Positions 50,765-61,900 of a stretch of 64,000 bases of DNA are shown piece after piece. Made by a program: the position numbers and the translations under genes. The stretch's first letter is position 1, and each line of letters starts with the position of its first letter. Source of the stretch: Anthoceros angustus (Eukaryota; Plantae; Anthocerotophyta); the NCBI GenBank assembly GCA_010909165.1, contig VJWM01000011.1:1178001-1242000 (forward strand), read 5' to 3'. The notes under the pieces were generated by a model that was not told the DNA's origin, searched no databases, and saw nothing but the letters and a program-made list of their open reading frames with translations.

Positions 50765-51319
50765 AGCATATTAGCCCTACTTTGATAATGCACACACCCT
50801 TTACGAGGTCATACCGTGATAAATGCCACACTTTCAAGTGAACACCCTAGAAATGGAGCATGAGGGTGCGGGCTGCATTTTTGTAGAATGTTTAGAGGCT
50901 GCCATTTTCATATGTTTAGTACAACCGAAAACTTTTACTTTGAAGTGGTGGAACACAATAAAACAATCTGTACTAGAGTCCCATTTTAATCGTCGTAACA
51001 ACATTGCAACAAACATCTACTAAAGGAGGGAGTGGTCATCGGCATCGACAATACTCATTGAAGAGTGCGGCTGGGACTCATCCATGCCTTGCAAACAGAG
51101 TCAAGAACCACCGCCATATTCGAGGCGGTCCATATCTTCCGCCTCAAAGTTATCGTTCTCCTCCATTGCTTGCTCGTCTTCAATAGTATCATTCCACAGG
51201 CCCGCGGCGGTGTGGATCGCCACACAGATCTAGGGTTTCTTGACCCTCATCCAAAAGGTCGCCATCGTGGTCTTCAACCTTCCGCACTCAATGCAACCAC
51301 TTGGGCATGAGGCAATCCT

Positions 51320-52260
51320 TCTCACTTATGCAAACCTCCTTTGCAGGCGGGATGGACCCTGCGATGCGGCTCGAGCGTTAGCTCTTCCTCTGCGTCAGTA
51401 GGACTTGTACACCATGTATCGTTGTTCAATGTACCCGCGCGCCTCAAATCGGCTTCAATCGCAATGCGGTTCCGGCCACATAGCAGTCTTGCCAATGTTG
51501 TCGTCTCACCAGCATCCACAACCCAATCTCCTTCCACGGAGAATGTTTTGACAAGTTTTGTCATAAGGCCTAGCGGGCGTTGGTAAGGGCATACCACCCG
51601 ACAGCCGTGCGATAGGTGGACCAGCTTGACGATGGTGCCCAATAAGCATCCTTCCATTGTTGAAAGTCCCATGCATGGCGTTAGGCATCATAGGAACCCA
51701 GTCTCGCACAACCTTTTTAGACACCATCCCAGCATCGCATTCTCGATCTCAAATCCGCCTACATGGTTATTCATGTTTGTCTTGTCCCGGATGAAGGACA
51801 CCATGCCTCCCTTCCACACAATTTCCGCATAGACTCCACGGTATGTGGGCTTCTTCAACTCCATGCAAGACGATAAGCTGAACTCCTCTGGTGGTCTTCT
51901 CTTCAAAACTCTACGGCTTCCCCAACATGGCCAAATACATGCTTGTCCATAGGACCGATGTCAAAGCCACGGGGCGTCCATGACAAGCAAAGTGTATCTC
52001 CTTCGCAGATAACCACGCATGTCAAGAACATTACGTCCTTGATGCATGCTTGGACACTTTTCTTTCGATGGAGCGTTGAAAGCGTGGAGTCCCTCTTGCA
52101 AGTCCTTGTCTACTAAAGCCCTGCTCATTCTCCAAGCCCTTCCAATTATTGATCTCAAATATGAAATGGCGAAACTCCTCGGGAAGTTTCGACAAGACCT
52201 CCACATCCTTCAATTCTTGCATGCAATCCAGATGGTCGTGAAGAATATCCTATACTTTTC
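51320..52260 (-). pseudogene. Beta-class N4-cytosine/N6-adenine DNA methyltransferase remnant (N6_N4_Mtase-like)
   Basis: LLVMDAPW (51978-51967 for DAPW), EIVWKG, then CPYQRPLGLMTKLVKTFSVEGDWVVDA-GETTTLA..LCGRNRIAIEAD. Catalytic motif precedes SAM-binding motif. Frameshifted. Confidence 0.7.
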
Positions 52261-52269
52261 CACGAAAGG

Positions 52270-53230
52270 AGCTATTGCAACAACGCGTCGGCGTCATCCC
52301 TCATTCTCGGCCCACAAGCGGGTGGCCAGCGAGAAGAAGGGGCGCCGGCCGGCGCCCTCCCCTGCGTGCCACCCGCCGGGCCCCGACGGGTGGTGCCGTG
52401 GAGGCGCCGGCTGGCCAGCCATGGTCGCGTACTACCGTATGTGGCCATCGGTGGTGCCGTGGAGGCGCGGCGGCGCCCTCCACGCACGACCCTCGGGAGG
52501 CCCTACGGGTGGCGCGGAGGTAGGCGTCGGCCGGCGGCGCCCTCCTCGCCAGCAGCGCCACCGTCGCCAGTCGGGCCCGGCGGGTGGCGCGGAGGTAGGG
52601 CGCCGGCGCCCTCCCTCGGCGCCACCGTCGGGCCCCGACGGGTGGTGCGCAGAGGCATACACGGACCGGCGCCACCCTAGGGGTGGCGCGTGGAGGCGCG
52701 CCGGCGGCGCCCTCCACGCACGACCCTCGGGAGGCCCTACGGTGGCGCGGAGGTAGGGGCGGCGGCGCCCTCCTGTTGTGCCGCCACCATGCCTCGGGCC
52801 CCGACGGGTGGCGCCGAGGGCGGCGGCGCGCCCTCCGAGCACGTGTGGCAAGCGGGTGGCGCGGAGGTAGGGCGCCGGCCGGCGCCACCCTAGGGGTGGC
52901 GTGGAGGAGGCGGCCGGCGCCCTCCCCACGCGCCACCGTCGGTATCCCGACGGGTGGTGCCGTGGAGGCGCGCCGGCCGGCGCCGCCGGCCGGCGCCGGC
53001 CGGCGGGCGCCGGCCGGCGCCGCCCTCCGCGCCCATCGCCTCCCCGGTGGTGCGCTGGCGGGCGCCGGCGGGCGCCCGCCCTCCGCGCCCACCCGGGCCC
53101 CGATGGATGGGGCGCGGATCGGGCGCGGCGGCGCCGCCTTCACCTAACACCCGACGGTGGGCGGCGGGTGGCGCTTGGAGGATGGGGCGCGGCGGCGGCG
53201 GCCGCCGCCGGGCCCCGACGGGCCAACGTG
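52270..53230. repeat. Very GC-rich degenerate array inside the TIR element
   Basis: Recurring ggcgccctcc, ccccgacgggtgg and ccacgcacgaccctcgggaggccctacgg. Confidence 0.85.
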
Positions 53231-53478
53231 TGGTCCATTACCTGAAAAACATACAGGAGGTATTTGTGAATGAAACAGTCATCCTGTACTATGGGTTTGT
53301 GTTGAACGCACGGAAACATCTATATGCGGTGGACAAAAAAGCGATAAGGGATAAGCTCTGCGAGTTGCGTGGCTTCATACAACCTGCGAGTCAAAGTGCA
53401 GCTGAAGATAGTGATGACAATGCAGGAGAAGCTGGACCCAGTGATGACGAAGGATTGAACTCTGGGGATGATGAGTGA
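53230..53478 (+). pseudogene. C-terminal fragment of a second element-encoded protein with acidic tail
   Basis: HYLKNIQEVFVNETVILYYGFVLN...DSDDNAGEAGPSDDEGLNSGDDE*; normal coding composition right after the GC block. Identity unknown. Confidence 0.45.
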
Positions 53479-54850
53479 AAATGAAATCTCATTTTTTACC
53501 GGGGTCCCAGAGTTAATTTTGTAAGTCTGGTTGCTGATGTTAATGTGTTAGGGAAATACGCTGTCCGTGGCTTTTGTTGTGTCCTTCCTAAACCACATTT
53601 TTCTCCCAAAACTGAGTTTACATTCGTCCCTTCCCGGCAGGAACGGCCGTCCTCACCGTTCCTACTTTGCATTATTCCCCTAGGTTCGAGTTTACGACCA
53701 CCATTCCACACAAACATTGCTGGATGGAAAGTAGTAACTTTACTGCGTGACACCCTTTTTTTCGGAGCCGTTTTTTTCAATGCCTTCAAAACGCTGTTTT
53801 AGGGCCCATCAAAAACCCCCTTCAGAGATTATTTGCAGAAAACCCCCTTCGAGATTATTCACCCCCTTCAAAAATTATCGTGTTTATAGCTGTTGTGTCT
53901 TATACACGACGCACCTTCCAGACTTACGGAGCTAATAAGCCATGGTAAAGATGCTGGAGCAAGAACTGTGTGTGTATGAATGCAGTTGGTCGAGCCCCTT
54001 TCAACCAGGCCGTACACTTAGCAATTGTTCAGGGACTCAAGCATCCCAATACTCATGCTAGCCCGGAAGTGACCACTCTCACTCCTCTTACACATGTTCT
54101 CACCCCGCCAAGATGTGTAGTCAAGACTCTAGAGCTTACAATGAGCATCAAGAAACTACATCTTACAATGACTAGGAGGGCATCAACCATGTATTGCTCA
54201 ATGCCTCCGTTACAAGATGAGGCTGCTTTATGTAGTAGGACCTCTCGTCTAAATATAGGATGGTCTTAATTTGATGAGGTGCCCCTTCGAAATTTTGGAC
54301 CCCCTAATTCTCTATGTAACGTTAATACATGACTCTACATGCCATGCTTAGCAAATCAAAAATCAAATTGATTGATATCGCTTTCTCATCGCTTCCCAAT
54401 AATCTTCCACAAAGTCCATCATGGCTCCGGAAACTAGCACACGTCACATGGTAAGAATTTTTCGATGTCATACACATATCCAAAACAGAGATCACATTGG
54501 ACCGACAACCTCGCAACTCTAATAGGAATGTATAAAAATACATATTTCAGTTCTTCCAAATGAGCATAATCCTAACGGTACTGGTAAAATAAGATGAAAA
54601 ACTAAAAAAAGAAAAAGCCAATTAATCGCTGCCGTGTTAAGAAGATGCATATGTTGCATGCTTCATGCAATCTCCTAGTAGAGAGGAATTGCTGCAGCTA
54701 CTAATGAAAGGCAAAGGCAAACGCAAAGGCAACTCTCATGTTCTCTTCTAGCTTGTTGAGTTGTAGTGCCCTATCTTCCCATTCAAGCTTTGCAGCTATG
54801 ATTTCACTGGTGATGCCAAATCCTGTCTGATTGAGAATCAACGTTCTCAA

Positions 54851-55165
54851 TTAGATAACCACATTCTTTCTTTTGTCTTCCTTGAATTAGATTGATTAGA
54901 TAACCACATTCTTTCTTTTGTTTTCCTTGAATTAGATTGATTAGATAACCACATTCTTTCTTTTGTCTTCCTTGAATTAGATTGATTAGATAACCACATT
55001 CTTTCTTTTGTCTTTCTTGAATTAGATTGATTAGATAACCACATTCTTTCTTTTGTCTTCCTTGAATTAGATTGATTAGATAACCACATTCTTTCTTTTG
55101 TCTTCCTTGAATGAGATTGATTAGATAACCACATTCTTTCTTTTGTCTTCCTTGAATTAGATTGA
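54851..55165. repeat. 45-bp tandem repeat x7
   Basis: TTAGATAACCACATTCTTTCTTTTGTCTTCCTTGAATTAGATTGA repeated with few substitutions and no spacers. Confidence 0.97.
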
Positions 55166-55299
55166 GAATTCTTACGAATTCGTAGAATAATGAGGATCTA
55201 TAATCTGCTTATCCTTTTTCTTTTTTTTCTTTTTTTTATATCAACTAGTGAATGTTCTTGACATTCCCATCCTGTTGTTATCAAAACATTTATTTTCCC

Positions 55300-55990
55300 T
55301 ATTACGGATAATTTCTTTTTCCCCAATCTGCTTGACATCTTATGGCCAAGTTGGAAATGATTGTTTGGTTGCTTTGAATTTTAATTGTTCAGGGTACATT
55401 TTGCATAGTTTCATCAATCTTGCTTTAGAAATTGCTTGACACACCTCATCCAGATCACAATAGACATATCTTCTCAGTGACACTAAATACCCTGTAGCTA
55501 ATATAAATTCTAGTCTAGATGAAATCCCAGCAACTCTACTATCACTCAACTTCATCAAGTTCTGCAATATTGACCATACTTGCATTAGGTTCTCTTTACA
55601 TCTTAAACAAATTGAGAGGTATAGAAGCTACAATTTTATAATCTCCTTCATTCCATTTGGGTTGGTACTAAAATGTTTCATTTAATACATCTATTCCACC
55701 TACTGGAATAAACATAGCTTCTATCCCCATAGTCATGTCAAAATTGCCTGATCTTACTACCAAACCTTCAACCTTAAATTATTGTCTCCTCACTAGTGCC
55801 CGATTTTAAGTGCACACATAATTTATGTTTAGTTTCTCACATCACTACTTCCAATTCACCATTAGCCAATTTAATTTTCCATTTAGATGGTCTAATTCTT
55901 AGAGCCATGGAACGTAAAAATTTGGATCCCTTTGTGATTTTGATCCAGTTTGGTTCAATCTTGATTCGAAGTGATCAGCGAGAAGTAACG
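55300..55990 (-). mobile_element. Possible degraded LINE AP-endonuclease remnant
   Basis: WNEGDYK (GDFN-like) and SRLEFILA (SRLD-like) occur in the expected order; many stops. Confidence 0.3.
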
Positions 55991-55999
55991 AGTGCTTCT

Positions 56000-58900
56000 T
56001 TTCAAGCCATCCAAGGAAGTTAGGGACAAGAGTAGGAATTCGGAAGTTTCTCAGGAATGAATAGTTTAGCAGGCAGGGTAAGTATCTGACTCTTAGATTC
56101 TAGGTATGAGGACCTACCAAAGTAGGTTGCTACCCTATGCATGTAGGGAGCCATTTCTAGAATTCTTTTAGGCTATATATCTGTATATACCCAGGAAATT
56201 AGTAATTGATTTAGAACCCCTAGTTTAAGTAGCGATAGAGTAGGAGCCCTAGGTATACTTAGCAGGGGGGGGCGACTTAAAGATTTCAACCGAGGAGATG
56301 GTGCCACGTGGCAGGCATCAAAGGTGATGATAGTGGGGGGAATTACTTCCCAACTCGGCGGCCACCCTCCATATCTTTCCTTGGCAGTTTGTGTTCCCTT
56401 CTTAAGATAAGGCAGCCAAGCGATTTCACTATGCCAAGTGCATGGAAGCTAAGGAGCTGAACGAGAGCAAGAAAGTGCTGCTCTTAGAGGTTTGTGAGGA
56501 GGAAACGGTAGCGAGCAGGAAGAGCTAGGCGCACGAAGAGGAGGAGCTCAGGGCGAACCCTAGAGCAAGGCGGCGGCGCCGAACGGGCGGTGTCAAGTTA
56601 TGGCTAGAAGCAAAGGGAGGCACAGCGAGGAGCTAGGTGGCGCCAAGGAGGAGGAGGCGCGAGGAGTGAAGAGCAACAAGCGAGAGAGCGCCGCGGTGAG
56701 AAGTGTAAGGCGAGGAGGAGGGCAAGTTACCTCCTTGGGGGCAGCAAGCCCAAGAGAAGGTGTAGGGCGAGCTCAGCGTTTAAGGAGCGATTAAATCGGA
56801 GAGGGGTGTGATTTTGTGGCCACACCAGCAGGTGAAGGATATAGCAAGGCCAGCTAAGGTGGCCTAATGTCTTAGGAATTTCTAGGGATATAAGGGGAAT
56901 TTCCTAGTCTAAGGAGGCTCTTGCATAAGCTAGGTAGAGCAACAATTTCCCAAGCTGAGACCTGAGCCTATATCAAGAGGAATATGAGAAGTGTGGTGGA
57001 GGTTGTGAGCTACTAGAAGATGGAGCTCCAACATAAGCTCAAGATTGTAAGAGTTGTGGCAATTTGGGAAGACAAGCCGCAATCTTGGGAGTAACTCGTA
57101 AGTGGAAGTGTGGCAGGTGGTGAGGTTAGAGGTGGTTTGTGTGATCTTGGAGGGTCACGTGAGAGGTATTAATGGTGGGCTAAGGCCTGGAAAGCAAAGG
57201 GCCTTAGAGATTGTGTTGAGAGATGTGGAAGACCACATGTACACTAACCCTCCCCTGGACTATTGGTTTGAATGTTTTTTTTTGTTTTTCTTATGTTTTG
57301 TGTGATGGAGTGCTTAGGAAATGTCCGAGGCAAGGCCTTTTATACTAAAAATGGTCCTTGGCCCATGACAATATTACTTTTACAAATAATTAGTCCTTGG
57401 GCCTCGAACTGAATATCGCCGTGCTAGAAGGTCCTTGGACCTTGGGATTTTAGGAATAAAATTGTCTATATAAGGTGGGGATCCTTCATTCAAAGACAGG
57501 GGCCAGAAGAACAAGTGGAGACGCCTGGCACCTCCGGAGAAGTTCGAAGCTAGCGGAGAGGTATAAGCGGAGAGAGGTGAGGCTAGGGCCGGGGTCAAGG
57601 GAGAGGCAGCAATCAAGAAGGGTAGAGCAACACCACAGGAAACAACACCGCTGGGGAAGCAGCCACCACGGTGGTGGAGCGACCGTCAAGCAGCCACCAC
57701 GGTGGTGGAGCCGCCATCGTCGGAAGAAGGACCCAAGGTGGGGAAGCCACCGGGAGCGTGAGAGGGGATGCAACTCCTCGTTCCGTGAAGCACCGGATTG
57801 TCCAGGAGCCGGCATACCCTTCACAGGTTGTGCTCGAGGAAATGAGCAAGGCGGAGGCTAGAGCATGGAGGAACGCACGCTTTGGCTGTCCAAATGATGA
57901 GGAGCGAGGAAACGCAGAGGCTGACGGCGCCTCCTAGGAGGAGTGAAGGGACCTCGGATAGCGGGAGTGAGGTGGAGATATTAAGGGAGGATCTTTTGGA
58001 TCGAGGCGTGGTAGGAGGCGAGGAACACCCATGGGCAGTCTAGGCGGCCACAATGAGGCAAGCTGATTTTAGAGGGAGCGCATCATAGGTCGAGGCTTTC
58101 ACTTGGATTAGAGGATAAGGTGCTAGGAAGCTTGTGAATTTGTAGATACCGAATTGGTAGGCGCGCTTGTGGTAAGTTAGCCATCTTTAAACACCGGAGG
58201 TAGGTTAGCCATCTTTAGACACCGGAAAGTGAGCTATGGCGCTGCGGCGGATGTATAAGAGACCCTTGAGTGTCTCTCTTAGACAATTTCGGTGTGAGCT
58301 CCGTGTGTCGAATTTGTGCGCGCGTGGTTGGTTGGAGACATCCGATCGATGATGGGCTGGCAGGCCGCCCTCGTCACAAGAGGGCCGGGAGATCCACGGA
58401 TGGTCGAGAGCCGAGTGACCAAGCTCCGTCTGGGGTGACTAGTGGTGAAGGGTGCTCAATGCATGCCAGAGGGAAATTCCAGGGACCGGGTGAGATCGCG
58501 GGTGTGCGAATCGCCTGTGGAGCCGACCATTGTTTTCCTTTCCCAACCTGCCTAACTAACAGTGTCTAATCCCAAGGAGGGTCTGTGGCCCAAGGAGGGG
58601 TCTGTGTGGTGGCCCAAGGAGGTCTGTGGCCCAAGGAGGGGTCTGTGGCCCAGGAGGGGTCTGTGTGGCCCAAGGAGGGGTCTGGTGGCCCAAGAGAGGT
58701 CTGTGGCTGAGAGAGGATCTGTGGAACATCTTGTGCGCGGTGGTGTATGAGGTCCCGAAGAAAGGGGTGAGTGAGTCGTTGTGTGAAGAGGAGTCTAGGA
58801 AGTGGTGAGCGCGAGTCCGGAAAATGCGAACGCCGAGGAAGGTTGGGAATAAATTGTGGGGTCGAGGAAAGCGACGGAGTGAGGTGCCGACGTGGCCATG

Positions 58901-61900
58901 GTGCGCATCCACCGGTGAGCTCGGGTGTGAATCCACATGAGTGTGACTTGGTGTACATGTGAATGTGTGTGCATAGGACCATAGCCCTTAACGCGTGGGG
59001 AACCGGGCGCCAAATAGTCGATCGCGAGCGCGGCCGGTCGGGTGGGTCCCACCACGTGGGGTCAGCCACGGTGGCGGAATCCACCACGTGGCGGAATCCA
59101 CCACCGGTGGCGGAATCCACCACCAATCCACGCGGTGGCGGAATCCACCACGGCGGTGGCGGAATCCACCACGGCGGTGGCCGAACTTACCACGGTCGTG
59201 GGGTCGAACTTACCACGGTCGTGGGGTCGGACACGGTAGTTGATTATGGCTAGGTAGGAACTGATTGTAGGAGGACTAGAACCCATAGTTTAGAATATCT
59301 TGACACAAAACCATTCCCTTGGGATCGAATCCTAGGACTATAACGACATAGAGGGTAAATGTGGCCTCTTTGCCTTCGGATGCAAAACCCATTCCACATT
59401 TTGGCGCCGTTGCGGGGAATGAAACTGTCAGATTATAGGAAAGACTAACCATAGCTTAGGTGTCTAGTCTTTGAGTGTATTTAGTTTGGTAGATGGATGC
59501 CACGAGTTGAGTCGGAGGATTGAGTCAAGTCGGAAGAGAAGCCTCAAGCGGCGGCAGTAAGCGGAAAGGTTGAAAAGGGTTGCGGATCGGGAGTTGAGGA
59601 GGACCCAATTGGAGGACGACTTGCGGGGAAGGAAGGGAGTAAGGAATCACCGGGATTCGGGGTCCGATCTTGTTGGAGCAAGATCCCCAATCTCGGTCTT
59701 GGACGAGGTACCACGGCCGAGGAACCTTGGTCCAAACTTGTCTTGACCTCTCTTCCAGTGTGTGTGCATCGTGCCCAATCAACCGCATGGACCGCTGTCA
59801 ACCACTGCACCGAATCGCCACGATCCATGTCCACCACCGTGCCGGTGTGGTGGTCACCACCAAGCAACCTTACCTTGTATGGAGAGGGAAAGGGTATGAG
59901 GATCCCATGAATTTGTTGAGCGTTTTGAGCGGTGACATTTGCAAACCAGAATCGGGTGATGCAGATTCAAATTGTTCTATGGAGTTCTTCGGTCCAAAGA
60001 AAGTGGCAGACGCGAGTACCTCAAGTCACCACACCCCAACCACCTTTGAAGAATTGAAGAATGCCTTCCGTGAGAGGTTTAGGGGATTGACATGGAGGGC
60101 TACGTGTTGTCCAAGCTTGAGAGGTTACAAAGAGAGAGGAAGGAAACCTTGCAAGCGTAGTTGAGAGGTTTCAACCACGTGATCGTAGTGGTCCTCATTC
60201 GTGCAGCCACGGTGGTTCGCTAAAGGCCTGGGTTCTAAGATGGGGAGACACGTAAGGTGGCAAGCGGAGAAGAATTTGGGCAAGGCTATCAAGGCGGCGC
60301 TAAATTACGAGGAATCTAACTCGAGGAGATGAAGAAGGCTAAGAAGGACAGAAGAAGTCCAAAACGGGAAAAAGAAAGGGATTCCTCATCGCCCCTGGGA
60401 GAAAGTTCCTCAGAGGAAAGCTCCTCAAGATTCCCGAGGATTCCATGGAGGAAGAAACGAGTGATGCTTGGAGGAAGATTCGGATGGGGAGCGCCGAGGA
60501 AAAAGAAGAAATCAAGGGTGAAGTGGAAGGGAAGAAGAGCTGGGAACAAAGAGTCGAGGCGAAACAAGAGGCGTTGTATGCAAAAAGATGCGAGCAAGCA
60601 AGGAGGGAGGCCGAGGCAACCAAGAAAGTGGAACAACACAAGTGGAGGCGAGAGGGCCACCCAATTCAAGAGGGGAAGGGAGACGAGATGGCCTCGAATG
60701 AGAAGGGAGAAAGAGCTTCACAAACGACGATCCGAAATTTGTGAGTATCCGGCACCGCCAAATTCCTCAAAACCTCTCTAAGGAAGAGTTGTCATCCATT
60801 ACTCGCGACCGCTCGTAAGACACAAGACCAAGTTATATCGAATGGGACCGGACGGTAAAAACAAGCGGTTATGACGAGCGGTGGATGGGTCCGCTCGTGG
60901 TCCCGGAGGTTTTCCACAATGGTTCCATCCACCGCGATTTGAATGGGCTTTGCCAACCGAGTTGGTTGGCGAGTTGAAAAGTATTATCAATAAGTTGGCG
61001 AGGACGCCAACAAATGAGAAGGGAGTATGTGGAAGACCACATGTACACTAACCTCCCCCTGGACTATTGGTTTGAATGTTTTTTTTGTTTTTCTTATGTT
61101 TTGTGTGATGGAGTGCTTAGGAAATGTCCGAGGCAAGGCCTTTTATACTAAAATGGTCCTTGGCCCATGACAATATTACTTTTACAAATAATTAGTCCTT
61201 GGGCCTCGAACTGATGAATATCGCCGTTAGAAGGTCCTTGGACCTTGGGATTTTAGGAATAAAATTGTCTATATAAGGTGGGGATCCTTCATTCGCAGGG
61301 GCCTGTGAACAAGTGGAGACGCCTGCACCTCCGGAGAAGTTCGAAGCTAGCGGAGAGGTATAAGCGGAGAGAGGTGAGGCTAGGGCTGTGGTCAAGAGAG
61401 AGGCAAAACGAAGAAGGGTAGAGCAACACAGAAGGGTCAAACACACTGCTGGGGCCACCACGGTGGTGGAGCCACACCGTCAGGGAAGCAGCCACCACGG
61501 TGGTGGAGCCGCCATCGTCGCGGAAGAAGGACCCAAGGTGGGGAAGCCACCGCCGAGCGCCAGAGAGGGATGCAACCCCGATTCCGAAGCAACCAGCCGG
61601 ATTGTCCAGGAGCCGGGCATACCCTTCACAGTTGTGCTCGAGGAAATGAGCAAGGCGGAGGCTAGAGCATGGATGGAGGAACGCATTTGGCTGTCATGAG
61701 GAGCGAGGAAAGCGGCAGGTGAGAGACGGCGCCTCCTAGGAGGAGTGAAGGGACCTCGGATAGCGGGAGTGAGGTGGAGATATTAAGGGAGGATCTTCGG
61801 ATCGAGGCGTGGTAGGAGAGCGAGGGAACACCCATGGGCCCAGGGCTAGGCGGCCACGAGGCAAGTTGATTTTAGAGGGAGCGCATCATAGGTCGAGGCT

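Larger units (their letters stand above)
50672..53888. mobile_element. Non-autonomous/decayed DNA transposon with 33-bp terminal inverted repeats (32/33 match), compatible with a TA or TATA target duplication
   Basis: TATAAACACGATAATTTTTGAAGGGGGGGAATA at 50672-50704; its reverse complement at 53856-53888; subterminal ACCCCCTTC repeats at the right end. Confidence 0.8.

Noticed and set aside
52272-53245. Long Arg/Pro/Gly-rich ORFs on both strands
   Set aside because: An artefact of extreme GC content lacking stop codons; no domain motifs.
54851-55165. CRISPR array
   Set aside because: The units are contiguous with no unique spacers, there are no cas genes, and the context is eukaryotic.
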